A stretch of DNA of 64,000 nucleotides from a virus (IMGVR_UViG_3300028603_000038:6096-70095), one strand, 5' to 3'; positions 8,635 to 18,861 are shown, numbered from the stretch's first letter. The notes: generated from the sequence alone by a model not told the origin. A program made the numbers and translations.

Positions 8635-9390
8635 ATGACTGGCTCGACGACTCACCAATACGCGCCATTACAAAGGCTAACTGATATTATTTCTGCTGCG
8701 TTATTAAAAAAAGTGCAGAAATATTTTTCTCAGTTAGAGAAATTCAAGCCGGGTGTTAAGTTAAAGACCGCAATTATTTGGTCTAACGACTTTATGAAAG
8801 ACAACGCTTTTCAAGAATTATGCGGGTCAGACGGTATTACTTATCCATATCTATTTTTAAAATACGAAGAAGCTGACGATTGGGATGCAGGTTATTCTGG
8901 TTCCACTTTATCTAGACAGTTATTTACTATCACTCAGACCGACTCTGTAAATATTAAAATGAAAGTGTTACCAGAAATGTGCAGGGTAACAATGACTTTT
9001 TATTCTGACGATTTGAATCAAGTAAAAGACTTTGTGTCTTTAGTAAGGGAAGCTAAACATACGGGTGCTTTATCTTACACAGTAAGAATTGGTAATTTGT
9101 TTCCTTTAGACATTCGGGTATCTATTCTTACCGGGAATGTACAATATCCAGAACAAGATAATTCACCAGAACAGCAAAATATTTTTGCAGTTCCTATAAG
9201 TATGGCAGTCTATGGATATTCAGCCAAACCCTTTGCAGAAAATGATTTGATAACCGAACCTAGAATAACGTCTATCGTAATTGATGGCCATGTAGTAAGT
9301 AATGCAAACGAAATTACGGGAAGTCAGTTAACAGTAATGTACCCGGATTTTTCAATAACTGTAGACTACGAAGAAGACACAGGTGAATGA
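8635..9390 (+). CDS. Putative tail completion/terminator (neck) protein
   Basis: Position after head genes and about 250-aa size; no decisive motif. Confidence 0.4.
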   Translation: MTGSTTHQYAPLQRLTDIISAALLKKVQKYFSQLEKFKPGVKLKTAIIWSNDFMKDNAFQELCGSDGITYPYLFLKYEEADDWDAGYSGSTLSRQLFTITQTDSVNIKMKVLPEMCRVTMTFYSDDLNQVKDFVSLVREAKHTGALSYTVRIGNLFPLDIRVSILTGNVQYPEQDNSPEQQNIFAVPISMAVYGYSAKPFAENDLITEPRITSIVIDGHVVSNANEITGSQLTVMYPDFSITVDYEEDTGE

Positions 9391-10049
9391 CTATGGGTGA
9401 CTTTGTTGCTTTGGATTTAAAACTTAATAAAGTAGTACGTAACCAGAATTTCCAAATTCATAATGTAAGAAACGCAAAAGCTGTCGGTGAAAATGAAACG
9501 CTTTCTACTAATACACATACTTTACCAGTTGGCGGTATTTTAGACTTATCTCATTTAAACACAGTTACTATGCTTGTGGTGTCTTCCAATAAGCCTGTCT
9601 ACATCGAAGGTATTATTAATGGCATGTCACAAAAAACAGTATTCCCTGACCAAGCTACTTTCGTTTTAACCTGCCCTATAACAGATGTAGTGATTACAAA
9701 TAATAGTACGGCTTCTGCACGTCTTACTATTACCTACATTGATATTGCTGACTTGGTGGAGTATTTAGTTCCTATGAGTTTAATACCTTTTGCTGCGTTT
9801 TCCAGAATTGCTCCGTTAGGTTTTACGGTAACTACGTTAGCTAACGTAAGAGTACAAAATTTAGGTTTGGAATATTTGGTTAACGATCAAGTAAGTGCAC
9901 CTTCAAATTCTGCTGTAGGTCTTTACCGTATTTGTAATTCAGACGGGACACCTAATGTAAATGGTGACCATATTATGTATCTTGACGATAACATTACTCA
10001 GTCAAACGCATCCGGCACTTTGCAGTTATCTGTGGGCGAATTAGCTTAA
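9387..10049 (+). CDS. Hypothetical virion structural protein
   Basis: Beta-rich composition; translationally coupled within the structural operon. Confidence 0.5.
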   Translation: MTMGDFVALDLKLNKVVRNQNFQIHNVRNAKAVGENETLSTNTHTLPVGGILDLSHLNTVTMLVVSSNKPVYIEGIINGMSQKTVFPDQATFVLTCPITDVVITNNSTASARLTITYIDIADLVEYLVPMSLIPFAAFSRIAPLGFTVTTLANVRVQNLGLEYLVNDQVSAPSNSAVGLYRICNSDGTPNVNGDHIMYLDDNITQSNASGTLQLSVGELA

Positions 10050-10067
10050 TTATACTCGGAGAAAAAA

Positions 10068-11084
10068 ATGACAACTTTAGAGAAAGTAGCAGAAGCCCAA
10101 GAAGCTTTGAACAACTTAATGGAAGCAGAATTACCTTTGCGTAATATTTTGCTCAAAGGAACAGTAGACCCAACTCAAGCACCGGGTGTAGCTGCCCCAG
10201 AAGCTATTTTTTATTACAATACAACGTCAAAACTTCGTTATGAAAAAATAGGCCCGCTAAATACTGATTGGAGACTTGCCGGTTCTAATGCTGCTGACGC
10301 TTCAATGACTGACCATTTAAATGCAGCAAATCCACACCCAGTTTATGTTTTAACCGTTAACCACAATTCTGACATTAATGCATTGCAGCAACAAATTGAC
10401 GATTTGCGTACTGGGTTTACTTGGGAAGAAGTTCAAACGGATTTTAATGTTAACCCTCTTTTAGATAATGTTAAACGTTACCGAGTAAATTCTTCTTCTG
10501 CAATTATTGGTACACTTCCGGAAACTTTCACTGACGGACAGTCAGTAATGTTTACTGACCAATCAGATAACTGGGATACTTATAATTTCCAATTAGAAAT
10601 TCCGCCTTTAGCAACTTACACGCTAGAAGGTGCTGTTGATATTGGCGGTGGTGTTTTTAGAACTACGTTTAACACAAAAGGTTTAACTGTTCTTATTGTT
10701 TATGACGCTTCTGAAAATAAAGTATCAGTAAACTCTTTTGCTGGTGGTGGTTCTGGTGGAGCTGGGATTGTTTTTAACCCCACCCCTATTACAGCAAACA
10801 CTACAATTGTTTCGTTAGCCGAATTTTCTGGATATTTTATTGACACTACTAGCGGTCCTGTTCAAGTTACGTTAGACCCGGCAGTACAATTAGTAGCGGG
10901 CGAAACAAGAATTGCATTTATTGATTTAGCTGGTAACTACAATGTTAATGGATTTACGTTCATCACCACACCTAGAACAGTATATGGTGATGTAGGTGGT
11001 TATTCGTCTAATACTCAATATGAATCCGTACAATTTATTTACACGGGTGAAACTCAGGGTTTGGTAGTGGAAACTATTGCCTAA
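10068..11084 (+). CDS. Fibre/appendage protein with two repeated beta modules
   Basis: HLNAANPHPVY fibre-type motif; two related modules (RVNSSSAIIGTLP...FTDQSDNW and FIDTTSGPVQVTLD...FIDLAGNY). Confidence 0.55.
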   Translation: MTTLEKVAEAQEALNNLMEAELPLRNILLKGTVDPTQAPGVAAPEAIFYYNTTSKLRYEKIGPLNTDWRLAGSNAADASMTDHLNAANPHPVYVLTVNHNSDINALQQQIDDLRTGFTWEEVQTDFNVNPLLDNVKRYRVNSSSAIIGTLPETFTDGQSVMFTDQSDNWDTYNFQLEIPPLATYTLEGAVDIGGGVFRTTFNTKGLTVLIVYDASENKVSVNSFAGGGSGGAGIVFNPTPITANTTIVSLAEFSGYFIDTTSGPVQVTLDPAVQLVAGETRIAFIDLAGNYNVNGFTFITTPRTVYGDVGGYSSNTQYESVQFIYTGETQGLVVETIA

Positions 11085-11104
11085 GAATTTTAGAGGTAAC
11101 TAAA

Positions 11105-13387
11105 ATGATTTCACGTGAGACTTTATTTCCAAAAGCAAGTTCAGGTGGTGGCGTAAATATTGTTGATTGGAACATGCAAACTTCTGTAGTTCCACAGCCG
11201 CCAGTACTAACAGAAGTTCCCTCTGGCGAAATTCCTATTCCTACTGCACCATCTACTATTACACCTTCTACTATTTCTAATTCTTCTATAGGTAATGCAG
11301 CACCATCTTATTCTCTTGCTAAAATTGCAGACAACTGTAATTTTGGTGGTCCTAAATGGATGCTTGGTAGAGTAAATTCCGCGTCTGGAACTTTTGTTGC
11401 GGGTATGGATTTTATTGGTTTCGGTGTAATGTCTTTTGATACTATACCCGTGGGTGCTTTTGTTGGTTACTCTATGGTTAACCAACAATTAGAAATTAGA
11501 GACGTGACAACTCAAAATTTGTTAGCGTCGGCTCCCATGAATGTTAACGATTGGTTTGCTGTATATATTGACAACACTACAAATACAATCGGGGCTATTA
11601 CGCAAGGCGGCCAAAATGTTTCTACTGTTATTACTTCTGTTCCTGATATATCAGGTTTTAGAATTTACGCGGGCGGCACCCTTATGGTGTCTTCTGGAAC
11701 AGGTGCTTTTGAATTTGCAATTTCTATTGATACTCAAAACTTAGGAAACATTGATGTTACAGGTATGACCCCTATTGCAGTAAATGTAACCGTGTTACCT
11801 CAAGGTGCGGTAGTTGGTGATGTTTTCCGTGTAACTGCTGGTGGAACTTATAAGACGGCTACCTACGCGACTAATGACGTTATTCTATATGTAGACAACT
11901 CCCCAGAAAATCTTTTTAAACTGCCCACTAATATTTTAACTAATAGTAGAACAGTCAGAGTGCCAGAAGACTTTGCTAATATTAACATGGCGCTTAATGA
12001 AGCAAGAAAATTTATTTCAGTAAACAAGGCTCAATTCATAATCCTTATTTCAGAAGGCCATACTTTAACAGGTGCTGACGAAGTTTCTATACTTGGCGAA
12101 GACCTACCTAACGTATATATTCAAGCAGAAGGTACTGGTTGTAACGTAAATTTAGATGGTGGTTACTTATTCAGTATTATTCAAAGTTCGTTTGGTGGCT
12201 TTTTAGGAACTTTTACTGACCAGTCTACCGTTTCAAACGCTTTTCTTTCTACTAGCAACGTTAAATTTACTACAGGACTAGGAACAATAGGGTCTTCTTT
12301 AGTAACCAACGACTTTAATATTGGTGAAACTATTTTAAGTTGTCAGATGCCTTTTTGTTTTATTGAATCTAACCAGAAACCAGCTAACCCGAATTCTAAT
12401 TTTGGTTGGTCTGATAACACAGTGTACGTTTCTACAATCAAAACTGATAGAGAACTTAACTTAGGTGCAAACAACACCAATACACAAACTATTTATTCTA
12501 CTAGAACAGACGGCATACTTAGCATTAAACACCAGTATAACGGGTCTGGTGCATACAACATTTATTTTGATAACACAGGTTCGGGTGCCCCGGATAACTT
12601 TACACTAATGATTTACGGAAAAACTTCTGGTACAGTTACTAACGAAACTTTCTCTATTGCTTTTCGTGAAACTCAAAATAACGTGTCAGTTCCTCATCTA
12701 GCTCAAGTGCATGTAGGTTATAGTACCGTTATTGTAGACTGTTCGACTTCTGCGCACCCTATGCAATGGAAGTCTGACGGCAACCCACTTGTTACCATGG
12801 CTTATTCAAATACTAAATGTATAATTAAAGGTATTTTTCCATCACAAAAACACGTTGCGTCCTCAACACCGAATAACCTTGCTTTGATGTCACCTTCTTG
12901 TCAGTTACACATGGTTAGTTGGAATTCCGCTATTCGTGGTACTCATTACACAAGTTCTTTCGGAAAACTTATTTCTACTAGTAATTTTAAGAAAAGGTTG
13001 CCTGCCGGTATATCTGCATACGGTAGTTATATAAATGTTCATGGTGTGTCTGTTGAACCCGCTGACAACAGGCTGTTTATAAGTAACATTACTACGCTTA
13101 ATATTACAGAAGAGCACTTAGGAAAAGTTCTGTACATAAATGAAAATATTGGTAACGTTAACGTTGTATTTGACGTTACCTCTAATCTAGTTAATAACAG
13201 TGGTTTTGAACCGGGTTACGTAAAAATTGTTAAGATGGGTGCAGCTAACGAAATTACTTTCACTGGTCCTTTAAACCCAGTGGTTTTGAGTACACAGTAT
13301 TCAACCGCTGTTTTTGAACTTGATTTTATTGCAACTTATGGTCGTTGGGTTGGTAGTTATTCCCACATGCCTGAACCAATTGTATAA
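11105..13387 (+). CDS. Tailspike/fibre-like protein (760 aa)
   Basis: VRVPEDFANINMAL resembles the start of beta-helix spike domains; T/S/N/G-rich; C-terminal fibre-type module. Confidence 0.5.
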   Translation: MISRETLFPKASSGGGVNIVDWNMQTSVVPQPPVLTEVPSGEIPIPTAPSTITPSTISNSSIGNAAPSYSLAKIADNCNFGGPKWMLGRVNSASGTFVAGMDFIGFGVMSFDTIPVGAFVGYSMVNQQLEIRDVTTQNLLASAPMNVNDWFAVYIDNTTNTIGAITQGGQNVSTVITSVPDISGFRIYAGGTLMVSSGTGAFEFAISIDTQNLGNIDVTGMTPIAVNVTVLPQGAVVGDVFRVTAGGTYKTATYATNDVILYVDNSPENLFKLPTNILTNSRTVRVPEDFANINMALNEARKFISVNKAQFIILISEGHTLTGADEVSILGEDLPNVYIQAEGTGCNVNLDGGYLFSIIQSSFGGFLGTFTDQSTVSNAFLSTSNVKFTTGLGTIGSSLVTNDFNIGETILSCQMPFCFIESNQKPANPNSNFGWSDNTVYVSTIKTDRELNLGANNTNTQTIYSTRTDGILSIKHQYNGSGAYNIYFDNTGSGAPDNFTLMIYGKTSGTVTNETFSIAFRETQNNVSVPHLAQVHVGYSTVIVDCSTSAHPMQWKSDGNPLVTMAYSNTKCIIKGIFPSQKHVASSTPNNLALMSPSCQLHMVSWNSAIRGTHYTSSFGKLISTSNFKKRLPAGISAYGSYINVHGVSVEPADNRLFISNITTLNITEEHLGKVLYINENIGNVNVVFDVTSNLVNNSGFEPGYVKIVKMGAANEITFTGPLNPVVLSTQYSTAVFELDFIATYGRWVGSYSHMPEPIV

Positions 13388-13398
13388 AGGAAAATAAT

Positions 13399-13872
13399 AT
13401 GGCATTCAAAGTTTCAAATTTAACTAATGGTATTGTAGAATTCGATGGAGTTTTTTGGCAGCCAGCGCAAACCAGAGAATTAAAAACCGTTACAGAAGAA
13501 ATGTTAGAGGCTGCGGCCTCTAACTTTCTTTTAATTATAGAAGTAACTGACTCGTCAGATGAAGAAATTCCTAAAGGTTATTTAGGAATTACTCCAGTTA
13601 CTTCACCACACGTACTTAGCAACGCTAATGCAGGCCACGTCCTTTTATTTAATGAAGAAACTTCTGCAATTATATACGTTCCAGATGGTATTACTCCGGG
13701 TTTAGAAGCGGGGTGTAGAAATAAAAACATTGCACAAATTACTATTGCCCCGTTCCCTGATTCAGGTATGAATGTTATTGGTGCAGGTACTGTTACTAAT
13801 GATTCTTCAAAAGTAAGCACTTTCTATGTGGAAGACGAGACGACAGTAGTTACTTCCGGTGACTTCGCTTGA
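13399..13872 (+). CDS. Small fibre-associated structural protein
   Basis: C-terminal module similar in pattern to the end of 11105..13387. Confidence 0.45.
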   Translation: MAFKVSNLTNGIVEFDGVFWQPAQTRELKTVTEEMLEAAASNFLLIIEVTDSSDEEIPKGYLGITPVTSPHVLSNANAGHVLLFNEETSAIIYVPDGITPGLEAGCRNKNIAQITIAPFPDSGMNVIGAGTVTNDSSKVSTFYVEDETTVVTSGDFA

Positions 13873-13884
13873 GAGTAAATAATT

Positions 13885-14589
13885 ATGTTGCTACTTCACC
13901 ATGGTACAGCAAACGATTCAACACATATTCCAGTTCAAACTACAGACGTAATAACTGAAAGTTTAGAAGCTAACATTAATTATTCTGGCGAATACGACAG
14001 ATACTTTAACGGTGTATTCGATACACGTATTCAACAAAATAATCCTAACGCCAATTATTCTACTGATGTAGCTTTGAGTATTTTTAAATGGGCTGCCGGA
14101 GATATTGGAAACGGTCTTTTAAAATTTGACCTTTCAAATATTCCAGCAGGCGCTACTATTCTTGATGTAAAAATACGTGGTAGAACAGCTACTCCTTCTG
14201 CTAATGGAGATAGTTCTTATACCATAGGTTTGTACCGTTTAAAAAGAAACTGGATTCCACTTGAAGCAACGTGGAATCAATACTCAAGTGGGAATGCGTG
14301 GTCTTTTGGTGGTGCTAGAAGTAGTGACGACATTGATGTTAACGCAGTAACTACTTTAGGGGTTAACGTTGCTACAGGTGTTTGGTACGAATTTACAGGC
14401 GCTGGTTTAATTTCTCTGGTTCAAGGATGGGTAAACGGAACTTTCCCTAACTACGGTGTTATGTTGGAACGTTCTGATATTTACGAACACATTGATGTGC
14501 CTGTTTATGTTGGTCAGTCTAGAACGTTTACGTCTAGTGAAGGTACTAATGGCAACCGTATTGAAATAGTTATTCAATGGGAAATATAA
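13885..14589 (+). CDS. DNRLRE/CBM96-like carbohydrate-binding domain protein
   Basis: DTRI...PNANY, LLKFDLSNIPAGATI, WIPLEATWN, LVQGWVNG..NYGVML and FTSSE pattern typical of DNRLRE domains. Confidence 0.7.
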   Translation: MLLLHHGTANDSTHIPVQTTDVITESLEANINYSGEYDRYFNGVFDTRIQQNNPNANYSTDVALSIFKWAAGDIGNGLLKFDLSNIPAGATILDVKIRGRTATPSANGDSSYTIGLYRLKRNWIPLEATWNQYSSGNAWSFGGARSSDDIDVNAVTTLGVNVATGVWYEFTGAGLISLVQGWVNGTFPNYGVMLERSDIYEHIDVPVYVGQSRTFTSSEGTNGNRIEIVIQWEI

Positions 14590-14590
14590 A

Positions 14591-15508
14591 ATGAAACCAA
14601 TTATTGAACTCGCTGTTTCTAAAAAATCACAAAGTTGGTGGGATTCTCTAACTAGACAAGCACAGTTAGAATACGTGCGTAACCACAAAAATAGTCACTA
14701 CAGAGATAAAATAAAATCTTTGAAAGAAGATAAAACTCCGGAAGACTACGCAACTTTAATGAAAGCGAAAGAAGATGGTGTAGCTATTCCGCCAGCTTGG
14801 ACTAATATTGTTTACCACGGTAAAGAAGGTCAAAAAGACACGGGTATTATTGCTACAGGTATTGATTCAAAAGGAAGGAAGCAGCGTATCGAAACGGCTG
14901 CTCATAGGGATGCGAAGATTAAAGAGAAGCACGAAAAACTACGTGAAATGGCTGCTAACTTTCCGAAGATTCAAAATAAATTGAAGAAAGACGCTGCTAA
15001 CGGTGATGAAGCTGCTAAAGTTTTATACCTTATTTCCAAAACAGGTTTTCGCATTGGTGACAAACAAGGCGCTGGTGAAGTTAAAACTTACGGTGCGTCT
15101 TCTCTAGAAGGGCAACACATAAGTGTTAACGGTGATACCGTTACATTTAAATTCTTAGGTAAAAAAGAAATTCCGCAACACCACGTTGTTAAAGATAAAC
15201 TCATTGCTTCTTTTTTCAAACACAAAAAAGACAACGAGAAAGTCTTTAACGTATCTGTAGATACTATACGGAAAGCGTGGAAAAATTATGGCGGAGATAA
15301 GGTACACGACATTCGATCTATTGTAGCTACTAATACGGCAAAGAAAGTTGTGGATGTATCAGAAGCTAAAAATCAAAAAGAACTCAAAGCTGTTATCAAG
15401 AGAGCAGCAGAAACTGCGGCTAAGAAGTTAGGTAATAATCCATCCGAAGCTTTGAAAACTTATATTGATAACGCAATTTTTGATTCACTGGTTAAACAGG
15501 TGGCTTAA
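14591..15508 (+). CDS. DNA topoisomerase IB (bacterial/poxvirus-type) with N-terminal WW extension
   Basis: ATGIDSKGRKQ, TGFRIG (Arg), FLGKK (Lys), HDIRS (Arg) and LGNNP...KTYID (Asn, catalytic Tyr). Confidence 0.85.
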   Translation: MKPIIELAVSKKSQSWWDSLTRQAQLEYVRNHKNSHYRDKIKSLKEDKTPEDYATLMKAKEDGVAIPPAWTNIVYHGKEGQKDTGIIATGIDSKGRKQRIETAAHRDAKIKEKHEKLREMAANFPKIQNKLKKDAANGDEAAKVLYLISKTGFRIGDKQGAGEVKTYGASSLEGQHISVNGDTVTFKFLGKKEIPQHHVVKDKLIASFFKHKKDNEKVFNVSVDTIRKAWKNYGGDKVHDIRSIVATNTAKKVVDVSEAKNQKELKAVIKRAAETAAKKLGNNPSEALKTYIDNAIFDSLVKQVA

Positions 15509-15509
15509 T

Positions 15510-15644
15510 ATGGAAGACAACAAACAACGCCCGGTAATTCTTGAATACGATGAAGACGCAGAAGACTTCGAGCCTGTTATGCCTGAAAATACGTTAGACA
15601 GTCAAATTGATGAAATGATTGAAACTATGAAAACTGAGCAATAA
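15510..15644 (+). CDS. Small acidic hypothetical protein (44 aa, below track cutoff)
   Basis: ATG 1 nt after the topo IB stop; MEDNKQRPVILEYDEDAEDFEP...; ends at the terminator. Confidence 0.55.
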   Translation: MEDNKQRPVILEYDEDAEDFEPVMPENTLDSQIDEMIETMKTEQ

Positions 15645-15685
15645 AAAAAGCCCGGCAGATTAACGTCTGACCGGGCTTTTTCTTT
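15644..15685. terminator. Bidirectional terminator between convergent blocks
   Basis: AAAAAAGCCCGG-CAGA..TCTG-ACCGGGCTTTTT. Confidence 0.85.
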
Positions 15686-16688
15686 ACTGGTTAGTAATGC
15701 CGTGTTCTCTATGAAACCTGTGAAAATGACTAATTATGTATTGTAATTGTTTTCGCCCGTCTTCTATTAACTTCTTTTCATCTTTAACAGGTATATATTC
15801 ATCTTGTTCGTTTACCGGGTAAAACAAGTGATGCATATAGTTAACACTTTCTGCGAGACTTTCAATTAAGTCGTAGAGTACACCAAAGTTCTTTTGGTAT
15901 TCATCTTCTAATTCGTTCAATTCAAAAAATAATAATGATCTAGCTTCACCTTTAACGGTTGGGTCATACAACGCGTCATTAATGTCTTTAATTCTAGCGT
16001 ATATTTCTTCCCCGCTGTGTAATACATAATCGTTAAAAAAAGTAATGGGCTTTTTCGGTTGTTCTTTATTTTCGTAGTCTACTACTCGACAGTACCCGCC
16101 TTTCAAAAAGTTAACGTAGAAAAACCTGTCAATATCAAAGCCTTCAGGATTTCTAAATAAGTAACGTCCGATAACGTTAACTATCTTAGTTCCGTCTGGA
16201 TACTTTCGCATAAATACTTGCGAGTTTCTTTTATTGATATAATATTCAAAATCCCCCTTTTGAAATTGGACTTCCGCTAAATAGAACTCGTCGTCGTCAT
16301 AAGTTAACTCGCTCAATGGCTTCCGGTTACAAACTTTAACGGTAACTTCAATAGTATGTTTGAATACATCTTCGTTCATAAACTTAGTTTGTGCTAGCGC
16401 ATAAACACTATCAAAACAATCCCGAAGGATACTGTCAGGTGCTATGTCTTTTTCCAACACCTTTTTCAGAGTAAGTCCCCGCAACGCACCAAACACAAAT
16501 TGAATACCGCATCCACTGTAACCACCTTTAGTACAGGTGTCCTCAGCAATTTTTAAAATATGCTCTCTGTACTTCTTACAAATATAGAGAGTGTCACAAT
16601 TTTCTTCACTTAATACATCGCAGTTCTCTTCACGTTTATTTTGTAAAATCTGAATTTCGTTATCAAAATGATTCTCTAAGGTTCTCAT
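15684..16688 (-). CDS. Hypothetical phage protein (334 aa)
   Basis: GGAGG SD; KPLSELTYDDDEF...NKRNSQVF resembles a motif I recall from uncharacterised phage proteins. Confidence 0.7.
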   Translation of the reverse strand: MRTLENHFDNEIQILQNKREENCDVLSEENCDTLYICKKYREHILKIAEDTCTKGGYSGCGIQFVFGALRGLTLKKVLEKDIAPDSILRDCFDSVYALAQTKFMNEDVFKHTIEVTVKVCNRKPLSELTYDDDEFYLAEVQFQKGDFEYYINKRNSQVFMRKYPDGTKIVNVIGRYLFRNPEGFDIDRFFYVNFLKGGYCRVVDYENKEQPKKPITFFNDYVLHSGEEIYARIKDINDALYDPTVKGEARSLLFFELNELEDEYQKNFGVLYDLIESLAESVNYMHHLFYPVNEQDEYIPVKDEKKLIEDGRKQLQYIISHFHRFHREHGITNQ

Positions 16689-16906
16689 TTATTACCTCCA
16701 TTGATTATTCCGTTCATTAACTTCTCTGCTACAAATACTTCTTCCCTACTAAGTGTGAAGCTTGCACTAAAATACTTGGTCGGTAATTCCACTTTTTCAA
16801 ACTCAGGGTTTTCTTCAAAAAATTTCTTTACGTTAGCTTCGTGCGTCGTGTCCATTTTACACACTAACCTGTGCGGCAATACGTTTGGTCTTTCCTTTAT
16901 AATCAT
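16685..16906 (-). CDS. Hypothetical protein (73 aa)
   Basis: Coupled between thyA and the 334-aa gene. Confidence 0.6.
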   Translation of the reverse strand: MIIKERPNVLPHRLVCKMDTTHEANVKKFFEENPEFEKVELPTKYFSASFTLSREEVFVAEKLMNGIINGGNK

Positions 16907-17855
16907 CCCAGCCTTCCAGTTTGAAATCTGAATAACTCAAATCAATACAACTAATATATTGGCGACCGTGGTCAGCGTGTGCAATTTCCAACAAACGTTG
17001 TTTATTATCACCAGAAATATCCAGATCAAGAAATACTTTTTGAGCCGGTGTTTTATCATTCAAGTATTCTTTTACTTGCTCGATATGGTTAGCATAAATA
17101 TGAGCGTCACCAAATACATGAATATACCTACCCGGTTTCATGCCATGCAAAATAGCCAGTGCAATTGTCCAGATAGAATAAAAGGCCATATTAAATGGCG
17201 TACCTAAAAATAAATCTTGCGAACGCGCATAAAGCTTGCAATCAAGATACCGCTCACCGTTTTCTTCACGAACATACCATTGCGAAAGTGTGTGACACGG
17301 TGGCAATGCCATTTGTTCAATGTGAGAAACATTCCATGCAGTAATAATATTTCGACGAGAAAAAGGATTATTACGAAGAGTATTTTCCATTTTCGCAACT
17401 TGGTCGATTTCTTCCTCTCCCCAAAAGCGCCATTGCTTTCCATAAACGGGGCCAAGGCTACCGCCAATTAATTCACCTTTTTCATTTTTAACTTCTGTTC
17501 CCGGTAATACCCATTCATCCCAAATACGAACGTTATTTGCTTTCAAATATTCCAGACGGTCACTACCAGAAAGCATCCAAATTAATTCATGAATAATAGC
17601 AGGCAGGTGGACGTATTTACTCGACAACAAAGGAATCCAATATTTACCAGTTTCCGGGTCAACTAATTCATGCACAATATTGTTGGCATTAAATACGGAA
17701 TAAGTACCTGTACCTGTTCTGTCTTGACGAGTTTCTTGTTCTTTAATTTTGTACCAGTTTAGTTGCATAATCCAATTAAGCAACGCCTTATACTGGTTTT
17801 CAAAAGGTGCTTCACTAAAATTGAATTTTGACACTGGTTGCATAGAACTATTCAT
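16857..17855 (-). CDS. thyA: Thymidylate synthase
   Basis: IWDEW, LGPVYGKQWR, SRRNIITAWN, MALPPCH (catalytic Cys), RSQDLFLGTPFN and GDAHIYANH; the Asn in PFN is the dUMP-specific residue. Confidence 0.97.
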   Translation of the reverse strand: MNSSMQPVSKFNFSEAPFENQYKALLNWIMQLNWYKIKEQETRQDRTGTGTYSVFNANNIVHELVDPETGKYWIPLLSSKYVHLPAIIHELIWMLSGSDRLEYLKANNVRIWDEWVLPGTEVKNEKGELIGGSLGPVYGKQWRFWGEEEIDQVAKMENTLRNNPFSRRNIITAWNVSHIEQMALPPCHTLSQWYVREENGERYLDCKLYARSQDLFLGTPFNMAFYSIWTIALAILHGMKPGRYIHVFGDAHIYANHIEQVKEYLNDKTPAQKVFLDLDISGDNKQRLLEIAHADHGRQYISCIDLSYSDFKLEGWDDYKGKTKRIAAQVSV

Positions 17856-17905
17856 TAAGTATTTCTCCTGTTAATTTAAGTTAAAGCATAGTGAAAACAG
17901 TACAA

Positions 17906-17914
17906 CACTTTACA
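17906..17914 (-). promoter_or_regulatory. Promoter-like motif A (TGTAAAGTG) upstream of thyA
   Basis: About 50 nt upstream of the thyA ATG, in sense orientation. Confidence 0.6.
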
Positions 17915-18097
17915 TTTTATGATTCACTAGTCCCCACTAATTTAATAAACAAATACACACCATATCTATTTGGGGAAGGTGTTAGCCGTCTTATCTTAAT
18001 TTCTACTAAATAACCTTATTTAACCTCTCTGTATTTTCTGTGGAAAGAATAAAGAATCTTAGCCACTGGAAGCGCACAGAAATCTTGAGGAAAAAAT

Positions 18098-18421
18098 ATG
18101 AATGAATTACTAGGTTTTAAATATGGTTCAATAATTGCCGGATTCTTTGGCGGTGTTGTATACATCTTTATGGTAGAGAATAAACTTACCAAACTGCAAA
18201 TATTATCATCACTTGCCGTTGGTGTATTGTGCGCTGGTTATTTAACTCCGTTAATTACTGCGTACATAAAGTTCAGTTGGAAAACTGACCTGTCACCAGA
18301 GACTAGTGGCGGTATTGCATTTTTGATTGGTCTATGCGCCATTACTACCATACCGATTTTTCTGCGAAGAGTACAAGCAGTTATTGGCGGCAAAAAATCT
18401 ATTGATGGAGATAAACCATGA
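18098..18421 (+). CDS. Holin-like membrane protein
   Basis: 107 aa, 2-3 hydrophobic segments (AGFFGGVV, LAVGVLCAGYL, GGIAFLIGL) and basic C-terminus; GAGG SD. Confidence 0.65.
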   Translation: MNELLGFKYGSIIAGFFGGVVYIFMVENKLTKLQILSSLAVGVLCAGYLTPLITAYIKFSWKTDLSPETSGGIAFLIGLCAITTIPIFLRRVQAVIGGKKSIDGDKP

Positions 18422-18861
18422 ATATGTTTTTTAATATTGTCGATTTCATGCAGTGCTTAGGTATTGTTTATATTGCGTTAGATAAAATAGATGATAGTCC
18501 GAAGGGAATTAAGTTATCCCTTCGTGACTATTTTATTAAAATACAGTTAGTAATCACGTCCATCGTATTTTTTTCTCAAGCAGTGAAAATTATCGGAGCG
18601 GATTTTCAATACGCTATTGGCTTAGGTACTGTTATTACGCACGGTCTGGTTCTTCTGTTGGCTAGAGAATATTTTTATAGTCAACATTTAGGCCCAAAGT
18701 GGAAAAAAGAAGTATCAGAATGTAGTGCGCAGTTTACTGAGAATTTAATGCAAACTTTGCCAATAGGTCTTGGTAACCCTAGAGTAAAAGTAAAGGATAA
18801 AAAATCCCCACACTCTTTGACAAAAAAATCCGAAACAGAGTCTACTGGAAAGGTGAACTAA
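18418..18861 (+). CDS. Membrane protein, possibly lysis accessory
   Basis: Three hydrophobic segments plus basic tail; coupled to the holin-like gene. Confidence 0.55.
   Translation: MNMFFNIVDFMQCLGIVYIALDKIDDSPKGIKLSLRDYFIKIQLVITSIVFFSQAVKIIGADFQYAIGLGTVITHGLVLLLAREYFYSQHLGPKWKKEVSECSAQFTENLMQTLPIGLGNPRVKVKDKKSPHSLTKKSETESTGKVN

Noticed and set aside
16857-17855. dCMP/dUMP hydroxymethylase for modified DNA
   Set aside because: All motifs are canonical ThyA, including the PFN Asn, and no companion modification genes are seen in the window.
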